From an uncultured Clostridia bacterium (GTDB lineage: Bacteria; Bacillota; Clostridia; Christensenellales; UBA1242): a stretch of DNA of 24,000 nt. The first letter of the stretch is position 1. The number at the start of each line of letters is the position of its first letter. The notes under the pieces are model-generated. The model was not told the DNA's origin and did not search any database. It was given only the letters and a program-made list of their open reading frames with translations. Below are positions 9,704-16,845 of the stretch, piece by piece. A program made the position numbers and the translations under genes. The stretch is from positions 934-24,933 of the forward strand of contig CALWPE010000080.1 of assembly GCA_944383345.1 (NCBI GenBank), in the 5' to 3' direction.

Positions 9704-10893
9704 TGGAACAAAAGCCGTTGACTGTTACGCAGATTTCAAATTACTTTAAACAGATATTTGATGCTGAAGAGTTATTGTTTAATGTGCGTGTAGTCGGTGA
9801 AATATCTGGACTTAGTATAGTGCGAGGTGTCGCATATTTTGTCTTGAAAGATGAAAATGCAATGATGTCCTGTGTATGTTTTGATGTTTCTAATTTCACA
9901 TATCAAAATGGTGATAAGGTTGTTTTGACTGGTACACCTAGATACTATGTCAAAGGTGGGAAACTTAACTTTAATGTCCAAAAGGCAGAAAAATATGGAC
10001 TAGGCGATTTATATCAGCAGTTTTTGAAGTTGAAAGAAACACTTGAAAAAAGTGGCTATTTTGATGAGTCTCACAAAATTCCAATGCCAAAAACTATAAA
10101 ACGCATAGGAGTTGTAACGAGCAAAGAAGGAGCAGTCATACAAGATATAATAAATGTTCGTTCCAGGCGTAACCCTTATATTGATATAGTACTGTATCCT
10201 GTAAAGGTTCAAGGCAAAGACGCAGAAAAAGAAATTGCTAAAGGAATTAGGTTTTTTGATAACTATAATGTAGATGTTATAGTTGTTGCAAGAGGTGGTG
10301 GTTCACTAGAGGACTTAGCACCATTTAATACAAAAGAAGTTGCTGATGCTATTTATGAAGCCAACAAATTTGTGCTATCGGCTGTTGGACATGAAACGGA
10401 CTTTACAATATGTGATTTCTGTAGTGACCTAAGAGCACCAACGCCAAGCGTTGCAGCAGAACTGTTATGTAGCAATATAGAAGAACAAGTAGATAAGTTT
10501 TATAAATTAGTACCAAGATTAAAAGATGCTATAAAATCAGTATATATAGACAAGCACACATATTTTGTTGGTTTGTACAAGGCACTGCTTGATGATTATA
10601 GCGATGAAAATAGTGAGATGAGCAATAATTTAGTAAAACTTATTATGCGATTAAAGTATAGTGCTAGCAATTTTTCCAATTTACAATTTAACAACTTTAA
10701 ACTTTTGGAGAGCAAACTAAACAAACTTAATCCAAGTGAAGTACTTAAATTGGGTTTTGCTGTTGTTAGGGGAAAGGGTGGAGAAATCCGTTCAGTAAAA
10801 GATATTGATATTGGTGATGATATCAGCATAAAACTAGTTGACGGCGACTTATTTGCAAAAGTTACAAACAAGGAGAATAGAAATGACATTTGA
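9703..10893 (+). CDS. xseA: Exodeoxyribonuclease VII large subunit
   Basis: 396 aa; 'LTVTQISNYFKQIFD', 'IGVVTSKEGAVIQDIINVRSRRNP', 'VIVVARGGGSLEDLAPFN', 'SAVGHETDFTICDFCSDLRAPTPS'. Confidence 0.96.
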   Translation: MEQKPLTVTQISNYFKQIFDAEELLFNVRVVGEISGLSIVRGVAYFVLKDENAMMSCVCFDVSNFTYQNGDKVVLTGTPRYYVKGGKLNFNVQKAEKYGLGDLYQQFLKLKETLEKSGYFDESHKIPMPKTIKRIGVVTSKEGAVIQDIINVRSRRNPYIDIVLYPVKVQGKDAEKEIAKGIRFFDNYNVDVIVVARGGGSLEDLAPFNTKEVADAIYEANKFVLSAVGHETDFTICDFCSDLRAPTPSVAAELLCSNIEEQVDKFYKLVPRLKDAIKSVYIDKHTYFVGLYKALLDDYSDENSEMSNNLVKLIMRLKYSASNFSNLQFNNFKLLESKLNKLNPSEVLKLGFAVVRGKGGEIRSVKDIDIGDDISIKLVDGDLFAKVTNKENRNDI

Positions 10894-11089
10894 AGAAAAT
10901 ATAAAAAGATTAGAAGAGATTGTAGCACAACTAGAAAGTGGAGAATGTTCGTTTGAGCGAGCAACAACTCTATTTAAAGAGGGTAAGGATATAGCACAAA
11001 ATTGTGCTAAGGTTTTAGATGAGAACAAAGGCAAGATTACGGAACTTGTTACAGAACTTGATAACATCGTAGAACGGGAAATGAAATAA
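10883..11089 (+). CDS. xseB: Exodeoxyribonuclease VII small subunit
   Basis: 'MTFEENIKRLEEIVAQLESGECSFERATTLFKEG'; AAGGAG at 10870-10875 supports ATG at 10883 rather than the 10838 start in the track. Confidence 0.93.
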   Translation: MTFEENIKRLEEIVAQLESGECSFERATTLFKEGKDIAQNCAKVLDENKGKITELVTELDNIVEREMK

Positions 11090-11092
11090 TAG

Positions 11093-11121
11093 TTGTATTT
11101 TTAAAGTATTCATGATATAAT
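11093..11121 (+). promoter_or_regulatory. Putative promoter of the OLE-like RNA
   Basis: TTGTAT (11093-11098) - 17 nt - TATAAT (11116-11121); consensus -10, +1 expected near 11128. Confidence 0.65.
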
Positions 11122-11127
11122 ACTTAT

Positions 11128-11708
11128 GAAGGTGCAGTATTCTAGTCAGTTTCAATCACTTGGAAGTTGATACATAAAAGCAACGAAGGGCACAACTGTG
11201 AAGTTTCTGGTGCGTGCTTTGATTGCCCAAATTGGGGTGCGTGCTGGAAGTTAAGATTATTGGGCGAGTTATAACGGCATATAACCCCCGACCCAATTTT
11301 CGCGGAGACCCAAGTTGGTGCTATGCATTTTTAAAATAGTACTGTTTGGGGAGAACCTGCATTGCGGTTAAACAAAAACGGCTGTGTGCAGAGTAGCCTG
11401 CTTTGAGTGGGCTTGTAGGAATAATGCGTTAAAGTAATTTAAAGATTAGGCCAATCGGTAAATCTACTTTGTATTTGAAATCAAGTTTGCAAAAAGAGCT
11501 AAGAGTGGTTCAAACTGTCAAGGAAAACTTCTAGACTGTGACATATAGTCGAACATTTTGGGGATTATAGTGTGGTCTTAGTGGCGATTCGGTGTCAGCC
11601 TTTGCTTAAAAGGAAACTGCCCATGCGGTGACGATGGGTGCGAAGTTTGGGGAAATCCTACCGAACCTATGCCACAAGGTTTACTCAAAGTGTTACCTTC
11701 ATTTTTTT
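11128..11708 (+). ncRNA. ole: OLE (Ornate, Large, Extremophilic) RNA candidate
   Basis: ~580 nt ORF-free, locally G/C-rich segment between xseB and a four-TM protein gene, in the OLE/oapA neighbourhood (nusB-xseA-xseB ... argR-recN-spoIVB). Complementary segments: ATTGGG 11259-11264/CCCAAT 11292-11297 with nested GTTAT 11268-11272/ATAAC 11281-11285; GTGGC 11581-11585/GCCAC 11671-11675 with nested TTCGGT 11588-11593/ACCGAA 11660-11665; CCTTT 11599-11603/AAAGG 11609-11613; CCCAT 11620-11624/ATGGG 11634-11638. Flanked by promoter-like and terminator-like sequences. Ends approximate. Confidence 0.85.
11676..11708 (+). terminator. Putative 3' terminator hairpin of the OLE-like RNA
   Basis: AAGGT-TT-ACT-CAA-AGT-GTT-ACCTT (11676-11699) followed by CATTTTTTT. 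Confidence 0.5.
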
Positions 11709-11747
11709 ATTTAAAATTACATACATTAGTATTTGAAAGGAAATAAA

Positions 11748-12500
11748 GTGAAAACAAAACCAAACCCGAAAAATAAAACGGTAAAAAAACAAAGCCATAA
11801 ACAACTTTTATGGTCGCTAAAAGTTTTGATAATATCATTTGCACTCTCAATGTGCTTTGGTGTGCTTAGTGAGTTCTTTCTAAGTGGAACAGGAGTTGTC
11901 ATCTCGGTATTGATTATTATAGTATTTATGTCTATATCAATTCTTACTGATATGATAGGTGTTGCAGTTACTGCTGCCGATATCCAACCATTTAGAGCAA
12001 TGGCATCAAAGAAAATTAGGGGAGCAAAAGAAGCAATCAAGTTAATAAAAAATGCTGATAAGTTTACAAGCATCATCGCCGATGTAGTTGGTGATGTGTG
12101 TGGAATCTTATCAGGTGCAGCAGGCGCAAGTATTATTGTTAAAATTGCTATTGATTCAGAATCTGCTCTTGGAATTATTATTGCTTCACTTGTCAGTGCT
12201 ATTATCGCTAGTTTAACAATTTTTGGTAAATCTCTTGGAAAAAAGTATGCTATGAAAAATTGCAATAAGATAATGCTTGTTGTAGGTAAGGTAATGAGTT
12301 GGTTCACTCCACAGGGTAAAACAAATAAAAAGAACAAGCAAGAACAAAATAAAGACAGCAACGAACAAACCGACCAATTAAACAAAGAACAAGTTGATGA
12401 AGATAAAGATAAAGAGAATGTACATAATGCAGGTGACAATGTAATTCAAGCAGGGACTAAAAACGAAATTGATGATAAAGATGAGAAGGAGAACGATTAG
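11748..12500 (+). CDS. oapA: OLE-associated membrane protein OapA-like, with charged C-terminal extension
   Basis: Four hydrophobic segments with a Lys/Arg-rich N-terminus; adjacent to the OLE-like RNA. AAAGGA at 11736-11741 favours GTG 11748 over the TTG at 11733 used by the track. Confidence 0.82.
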   Translation: MKTKPNPKNKTVKKQSHKQLLWSLKVLIISFALSMCFGVLSEFFLSGTGVVISVLIIIVFMSISILTDMIGVAVTAADIQPFRAMASKKIRGAKEAIKLIKNADKFTSIIADVVGDVCGILSGAAGASIIVKIAIDSESALGIIIASLVSAIIASLTIFGKSLGKKYAMKNCNKIMLVVGKVMSWFTPQGKTNKKNKQEQNKDSNEQTDQLNKEQVDEDKDKENVHNAGDNVIQAGTKNEIDDKDEKEND

Positions 12501-12518
12501 GTTAATCCTTCTTTTTTT
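12485..12518 (+). terminator. Intrinsic terminator overlapping the oapA 3' end
   Basis: GAAGGA 12485-12490 / TCCTTC 12506-12511 with inner AAC/GTT, then T7. Confidence 0.75.
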
Positions 12519-12573
12519 ATGCTTTTTTATACAATGTATATTTATAACTACCATAATCTATTATTATAAAAAT

Positions 12574-12692
12574 TTTGAATAATCATAAAAAATCAAATGA
12601 ATAATTATACAAATTTTGCTTGCATAATTATAAATTACATTGTATAATAATTCCAAACAACATGAATAAATATGCGTGCATAATTATTCATA
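12574..12692 (+). promoter_or_regulatory. argR promoter with clustered ARG-box-like operators
   Basis: Promoter TTGCAT 12620-12625 - 17 nt - TATAAT 12643-12648. ARG-box-like: AATGAATAATTATACAAA 12596-12613 (+), CATGAATAAATATGCGTG 12661-12678 (+), TATGAATAATTATGCA (12677-12692, - strand), weaker TTTGAATAATCATAAAAA 12574-12591 and TGCATAATTATAAATTA ~12621-12637. Confidence 0.75.
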
Positions 12693-12747
12693 GGACGCTG
12701 AATCCCTTTATTTATAAGGGTTGCAGGGTTTTTAAGGAGATACAAAA

Positions 12748-13200
12748 GTGGCAAGGTCATCAAGACAATCAAAGATATTAGAATTGATATCAACTAAAGA
12801 AATATCATCGCAAGATGAGTTGGTTGCGTGTTTAAAAGCAGCAAATTTTGATATAACACAAGCAACAATTTCAAGAGATATCAAAGAACTTGGTCTTATT
12901 AAAATTCAAACTCCAGATGGCAAATATAAGTATGCACTTATGGAGTCTACTGACCAAAGTGTGTCTAATAAAAATATATCTATATTTCGTGAGTCAGTAA
13001 TTTCAATTAAACCTGCAGGCAATTTGTGCGTTATAAAAACCGTCAAAGGTCTTGCTAGTGGAATTTGTGCAATTATTGATAAATTAAATGTAGAAGATGT
13101 AATGGGTTCTGTTTATGGTGACGATACCGTTATGGTAATTATGCCAACTACACTTTCTGCACAAAAAGCAAGTAATACATTAGAACAATTTATAAGATAG
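12748..13200 (+). CDS. argR: Arginine repressor ArgR/AhrC
   Basis: 150 aa; 'LISTKEISSQDELVACLKAANFDITQATISRDIKELGLIKI', 'GLASGICAIIDKL...VMGSVYGDDTVMVI'; AAGGAGA and GTG start. Confidence 0.95.
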   Translation: MARSSRQSKILELISTKEISSQDELVACLKAANFDITQATISRDIKELGLIKIQTPDGKYKYALMESTDQSVSNKNISIFRESVISIKPAGNLCVIKTVKGLASGICAIIDKLNVEDVMGSVYGDDTVMVIMPTTLSAQKASNTLEQFIR

Positions 13201-13206
13201 GGAAAT

Positions 13207-14889
13207 ATGTTACAAAAGTTATCTATAAAAAATTTTGCTATAATTGAAAATTCAAGCCTTGAATTTAGTCAAGGCTTTAATGTTGTGATTGGTGAAACGG
13301 GTGCTGGTAAAAGTATAATTTTAGATGCCTTAAAATTTGTGCTTGGTAACAAAGCACAGAAAGAAGATATAAGGTATGGAGAAACTGAACTTTCAGTTAA
13401 AGCAACATTCATAAATTTGCAAGACGAAACTATCTCTCTTTTAAAAGATTTTTCAATTGATTATGACGATGATGTTTTGATTATTACTCGTGTTTACAAT
13501 GTAGAGGGTAAATCTTCATGTAGGATAAATGGTGAAGTTGTGACAGTTTCGATGTTAAAACAACTGGGTGACACATTGTATGATATGTATGGTCAGCATG
13601 ATAGTGTCCAACTTTTGAACACAAAAAATCATTTAAAACTACTTGATAGTTATGATGATAGTTATATCCTAAACGAAAAGGATAAGATAAAATCTTTGTT
13701 ACTCGCAAAGAAGAATATAGACCTAAAGATAGAAGATATCGGTGGAGCAAATGATGATAGAGAAAGGACTTTGGATTTGCTACGCTACCAAATCGATGAG
13801 ATAAACAATGCAAATTTATTTGTTGGCGAAGATGAAAAACTTGAGGAACAAATAACAACCCTTAGTAACTCAGAAAAGATATCATCTGCACTTGATAATG
13901 CGATACAAAGTTTAAGTTACACTCAAATATCAAATGCAGTTGCAAGCCTTTTATCAATATCAAATCTTAGTCCAACATTGTCACAACTAAGTGATAGGTT
14001 AAAAGGTTTAGAAATAGATATTGAAGATATTTTATCGTCATTAAAAGATGTCTCTGCTTCTTTGGAATTTGAAGAACAAGATTTAGATAATCTTGTTTTA
14101 AGACAAGAACAAATAAAGACATTGAAACGCAAATATGGAGCAACCATTGAAGATGTGCTTGCCTTTGCAAAGACTACACAAGATAGATACGATACTATTC
14201 TTAACAGTGAAAAAGAACTTGAAAAGTTAAACAATGAAAAACAAAAGATTATAAGTGAACTTTACAAAGAAAGTATTGCTTTACATCAAAAACGAGTTGA
14301 AATTGCAAATACACTTGAAAAAAGTGTTGCTAAGCAGTTACAAGACTTAGGAATGGAAAACACTACATTTAAAGTTGATTTTGCTGAGATTGGGCAAGAT
14401 GATACTGATTTTACAACTGATGGACTTGATAAGGTTGAATTTTTGTTTTCTGCAAATAGAGGCGAGAAAGAAAAGAGTCTTTCAAAAACCATATCTGGTG
14501 GTGAAATGAGTAGATTTATGCTTGCACTACGAACTGTACTTGGAACAAAAGATAGCAAAAAAACTTTGGTCTTTGATGAAATTGATACCGGGGTAAGTGG
14601 AGAGATAGGTTATAAAGTCGGTGAAAAACTATATACTTTATCAACATCATCTCAAATACTATGTATCACGCATTTACCTCAAGTTACGGCATTAGCAGAC
14701 AAACATATTTTTGTGTACAAAAAGGTTATTGACGACAAAACTTATAGTGAAGCGAAGTATCTTTCAAAATCAGAGTTAATAAATTATCTTTCAACTCTTT
14801 TGGGTGGATATGATAGCAAAACATCAAAACTTCATGCTGAGGAATTATTGACTCTTGCCAATAATAAAAAGCGTGATTTGAATAAATAA
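13207..14889 (+). CDS. recN: DNA repair protein RecN
   Basis: 560 aa; 'LSIKNFAIIENSSLEFSQGFNVVIGETGAGKSIILDAL', 'KSLSKTISGGEMSRFMLALR', 'LVFDEIDTGVSGEIG', 'ITHLPQVTALADKH'. Confidence 0.97.
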   Translation: MLQKLSIKNFAIIENSSLEFSQGFNVVIGETGAGKSIILDALKFVLGNKAQKEDIRYGETELSVKATFINLQDETISLLKDFSIDYDDDVLIITRVYNVEGKSSCRINGEVVTVSMLKQLGDTLYDMYGQHDSVQLLNTKNHLKLLDSYDDSYILNEKDKIKSLLLAKKNIDLKIEDIGGANDDRERTLDLLRYQIDEINNANLFVGEDEKLEEQITTLSNSEKISSALDNAIQSLSYTQISNAVASLLSISNLSPTLSQLSDRLKGLEIDIEDILSSLKDVSASLEFEEQDLDNLVLRQEQIKTLKRKYGATIEDVLAFAKTTQDRYDTILNSEKELEKLNNEKQKIISELYKESIALHQKRVEIANTLEKSVAKQLQDLGMENTTFKVDFAEIGQDDTDFTTDGLDKVEFLFSANRGEKEKSLSKTISGGEMSRFMLALRTVLGTKDSKKTLVFDEIDTGVSGEIGYKVGEKLYTLSTSSQILCITHLPQVTALADKHIFVYKKVIDDKTYSEAKYLSKSELINYLSTLLGGYDSKTSKLHAEELLTLANNKKRDLNK

Positions 14890-14902
14890 AGAAAAAGCAT
14901 AT

Positions 14903-14935
14903 AAACTACCTTATAGATTTTAAGGTGGTTTTTTT
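14903..14935 (+). terminator. Terminator-like hairpin between recN and spoIVB whose 3' arm carries the spoIVB RBS
   Basis: AAACTACCTTA / TAAGGTGGTTT (11 bp, one G-U), loop TAGATTT, T-run to 14935; ATG at 14936. Confidence 0.75.
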
Positions 14936-16150
14936 ATGGTTAAAAGGTTTATATTAAAAGTAATTGGTATTGTGCTTGCAGTTTGTTTTTTGCTGACAAT
15001 AAAAAATGTAGATTTTGAAGGTATTATCTCTTTGGTGGACAATACTCCTATTACACTGGATACTTTGGAAAAACTAAATGAAGAACACTTACTGGGTAAT
15101 TTTGTTGATACAAAACTTACAGAAGAAATTTGGACAACAGGGGGCGTCAAAGAAAAATCAACGGCACTTGTTGTAAAATTGTTTGGTTTTATACCTATAA
15201 AAAAGACTGAAGTTATTGTTTGTGATGAGGAGCAGGTATATCTTGGTGGTGTTCCTCTTGGATTTAGTGTTTCTACAAAAGGTGTTATTGTTGTTGGTTC
15301 TAATAGTGTGCTTTCAAGCGAAGGTAAAAAATCTAATACAGAACTTGAGAATGGAGATATTGTAACTAAGGTAAATGACATAGATATTTTTAATGTTGAA
15401 GATATAAAAGAACAGTTAGACAAGTCAAATGGTAATGATGTAAAAATAACATATATAAGAAAAGGCAAAGAAAAGACCTGTAGCCTTACTCCAATACTAG
15501 ATTCACAAAGTGGTGAATACAAACTCGGTATTTGGATACGAAATGATGCACAGGGAATTGGAACGCTTACTTTTGTTACAGAAGACAACGATTTTGGTGC
15601 ACTTGGCCATGCAATAACAGATTTTGAAACAGGGGCGACAATTCCTGTTAACGATGGTAATATATATCCTTGTACAATGCTTGGAATAACAAAGGGAAGC
15701 AAAGGTAAAGCAGGGGAACTTAGATGTTTGTTTGTTGAAGGTTCAATTCCAGACGGTACAGTAGACAAAAATACGGCTTGTGGTGTGTTTGGAGAGGTTA
15801 GCGATGATGCTAATATAGTTGACCAAAATTTAAGTTGCCCAATTGCTTCAAGACTTGTAGTTAAAGTTGGAAAAGCAAAGTTGATTAGTGCTGTTAGTGG
15901 AATAAGAGAAGAATATGACATAGAAATTATAAAGACATATAATCAACATTCGGCGAACGACAAAAGTTTTATATTTAGAGTTAAAGACGAAAGATTGCTA
16001 AAGTTAACGGGTGGAATTGTTCAAGGTATGAGTGGTTCTCCAATCGTGCAAGACGGAAAACTTATTGGCGCAGTAACTCATGTATTTTTATATGACCCAA
16101 CCAAAGGTTATGGGGTTTATGCGGACTTTATGTTAGATGAAGTTTCTTGA
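14936..16150 (+). CDS. spoIVB: SpoIVB serine peptidase (S55, PDZ-containing)
   Basis: 404 aa; N-terminal TM, PDZ-like region, 'NDFGALGHAI', 'GIVQGMSGSPIVQDGKLIGAVTHVFL'; follows recN. Confidence 0.95.
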   Translation: MVKRFILKVIGIVLAVCFLLTIKNVDFEGIISLVDNTPITLDTLEKLNEEHLLGNFVDTKLTEEIWTTGGVKEKSTALVVKLFGFIPIKKTEVIVCDEEQVYLGGVPLGFSVSTKGVIVVGSNSVLSSEGKKSNTELENGDIVTKVNDIDIFNVEDIKEQLDKSNGNDVKITYIRKGKEKTCSLTPILDSQSGEYKLGIWIRNDAQGIGTLTFVTEDNDFGALGHAITDFETGATIPVNDGNIYPCTMLGITKGSKGKAGELRCLFVEGSIPDGTVDKNTACGVFGEVSDDANIVDQNLSCPIASRLVVKVGKAKLISAVSGIREEYDIEIIKTYNQHSANDKSFIFRVKDERLLKLTGGIVQGMSGSPIVQDGKLIGAVTHVFLYDPTKGYGVYADFMLDEVS

Positions 16151-16185
16151 CGAATATTTGGTTTTTTTGTGAATAAACATATTAT

Positions 16186-16809
16186 ATGAAATCTAATATG
16201 TTTGCAAAAAATATATATACTTTACGCTATTCGTTTAAAGAGTTTTTTGCTAGAAATAAGTATAAAATTATTATATGCTTGTTGTTTTGTGTTGTTGGAA
16301 TACTAACAGGCATTTTCACGGCTATTAAAATATTTGATTTAGACGAAGAAGAAATATTTGAAAGTTTTAATTTGACATATCAACTTGATGATTTGGAAAA
16401 ATTTTCAGCCAATTTTTTTGCAAGACTATTATCATACGAACTTGTGCTCATATTGTTGACAATCTTTGCCTTACATCCAGCAATGTTTATTTTTGGTTGG
16501 TGCTTACTTGCTTATAGGGCATTTTTGGTCAGTATAAACTGCATGATGATAATCTTATGCTTTAGTTTTAACGGAATCATAAAATCTCTTTTAATACTCT
16601 TTCCATGTCAAATACTTATGCTTTTATTGATGCTTGCATACTTTTGTTATGTCTGTTATAAAGTCAAAGATTGCAAATATCAAAAACGAAAAAAGTATAG
16701 TGGATTATTATATTGGCTATTTTTAGTTTCTCTTGCACTGACTATCATAAATTTGTTTGAAACAACTTTACTATTTATTTTTAGAAGTAATGTTATACTT
16801 GTTATTTAA
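16186..16809 (+). CDS. spoIIM: Stage II sporulation protein M-like membrane protein
   Basis: 207 aa multi-TM; between spoIVB and punA/dacF. Family call is from topology, length and context. Confidence 0.65.
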   Translation: MKSNMFAKNIYTLRYSFKEFFARNKYKIIICLLFCVVGILTGIFTAIKIFDLDEEEIFESFNLTYQLDDLEKFSANFFARLLSYELVLILLTIFALHPAMFIFGWCLLAYRAFLVSINCMMIILCFSFNGIIKSLLILFPCQILMLLLMLAYFCYVCYKVKDCKYQKRKKYSGLLYWLFLVSLALTIINLFETTLLFIFRSNVILVI

Positions 16810-16810
16810 T

Positions 16811-16839
16811 TTGACAATATAATAAGTATGAAATATACT
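16811..16839 (+). promoter_or_regulatory. Promoter of punA
   Basis: TTGACA (16811-16816, perfect) - 17 nt - TATACT (16834-16839). Confidence 0.8.
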
Positions 16840-16845
16840 CATAAT

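Noticed and set aside
11128-11708. Alternatives for the structured gap: RNase P RNA, tmRNA, group II intron, riboswitch
   Set aside because: No RNase P or tmRNA landmarks or tag ORF recognised, no intron-encoded protein, and it is too long for a typical riboswitch. Context and partner gene fit OLE better; a covariance search would settle it.
11733-11747. TTG start of the OapA ORF as given in the ORF track
   Set aside because: The AAAGGA ribosome-binding site lies within this stretch and is well spaced for GTG at 11748, so the first five residues are probably not translated.
11726-12439. 237-aa minus-strand ORF opposite oapA
   Set aside because: Antisense shadow of the plus-strand multi-TM gene; Leu/Phe/Ser-rich tail derives from the complementary Lys/Glu/Gln codons. 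No RBS or homology signal recognised.
13484-14558. Several minus-strand ORFs (67-124 aa) within recN
   Set aside because: All lie inside the convincing RecN frame and show composition-driven sequences without motifs.
14920-15921. 333-aa minus-strand ORF opposite spoIVB
   Set aside because: Ser/Pro/Thr-rich low-complexity translation with no recognisable motif, a mirror of the strongly supported spoIVB coding frame. Long antisense ORFs arise by codon bias in AT-rich genes.
16152-16185. SigmaE-like promoter before spoIIM (GAATATT ... CATATTAT)
   Set aside because: The two elements resemble sigmaE -35/-10 boxes, but the spacer is 19 nt instead of about 14, so the match is probably chance in AT-rich DNA.
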